A DNA stretch of 63,991 nt, the filler included, from Octopus bimaculoides (lineage: Eukaryota): assembly GCF_001194135.2 (NCBI RefSeq). It is 7 parts of 7 records of this genome, joined end to end, with 100 filler letters (N's around TTAATTAATTAA, not from the genome) between each part and the next. Parts side by side here need not be neighbours in the genome. Positions count along the whole stretch, not along the records: positions 62,975 to 63,991 come from NC_068987.1; 6 more parts are not named here. One strand, given 5' to 3'. Shown in pieces: positions 63,691 through 63,991 of this stretch (position 1 is the stretch's first letter; each line of letters starts with the position of its first letter). Under the pieces are notes generated by a model that was not told the origin of the DNA, did not search any database, and saw nothing but the letters and a program-made list of their open reading frames with translations. The translations under genes were made by a program, and so were the position numbers.

Positions 63691-63991
63691 TTATTTTATG
63701 TTTGACTTTTGTTTTGCATTTGTACAAGTTGGATCCAAGTCTCACCCAGAGACCTCAAGAGACAAGTTAGAAGTTCATGTAGGTGTTATGCCTAGGGTAC
63801 CATATATTTAGATTTGTACATAGTGTTGTTCTAGAGAATGTCTAAGAAACCATAAGAAAATTATGTGTTTGTTTTAAAATTTGAGATCACATAGACAGTA
63901 TTTTACGTAGGATATAGGCAGTTCCCATGAGCACTATCTTTTGAACTTCAGCCATTTTGGGGTTTCCTGGTATCTGAGCTAGGTAGTAATC

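Overview
Repeat-dense, AT-rich animal DNA. The SINE, RTE-tail and microsatellite landscape looks like an octopus genome (inferred from pattern recognition, not a database search). The window is not one contiguous contig: six identical 100-nt artificial linkers (N44-TTAATTAATTAA-N44) join seven pieces (1-18174, 18275-24865, 24966-30941, 31042-59424, 59525-61716, 61817-62874, 62975-63991). Two host genes are supported exon by exon with canonical splice sites and continuous frames: the first five coding exons of METTL13/EEF1AKNMT (+, 8381-17226) and the first six coding exons of PSMC5/Rpt6 (-, 39884-31511). Both break off before a linker, so their 3' halves are missing. The rest is decayed mobile DNA (mariner, maT, pogo, piggyBac-type MITE, Helitron; R4/Dong-, L2/CR1- and RTE-type LINEs; several tRNA-derived SINE families) plus micro- and minisatellites. 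Most long ORFs in the supplied track are microsatellite or N-gap artefacts. Main second-look items: (1) a ~430-500 bp foldback element at two loci, built from outward-facing tRNA-like heads each followed by a tail carrying a minimal type I hammerhead-ribozyme-like motif; (2) four more unrelated hammerhead-like motifs with palindromic or very short stem III, one inside a 314-bp hairpin in a METTL13 intron; (3) a Cys at the position of the conserved Rpt6 Ser120 phosphosite.
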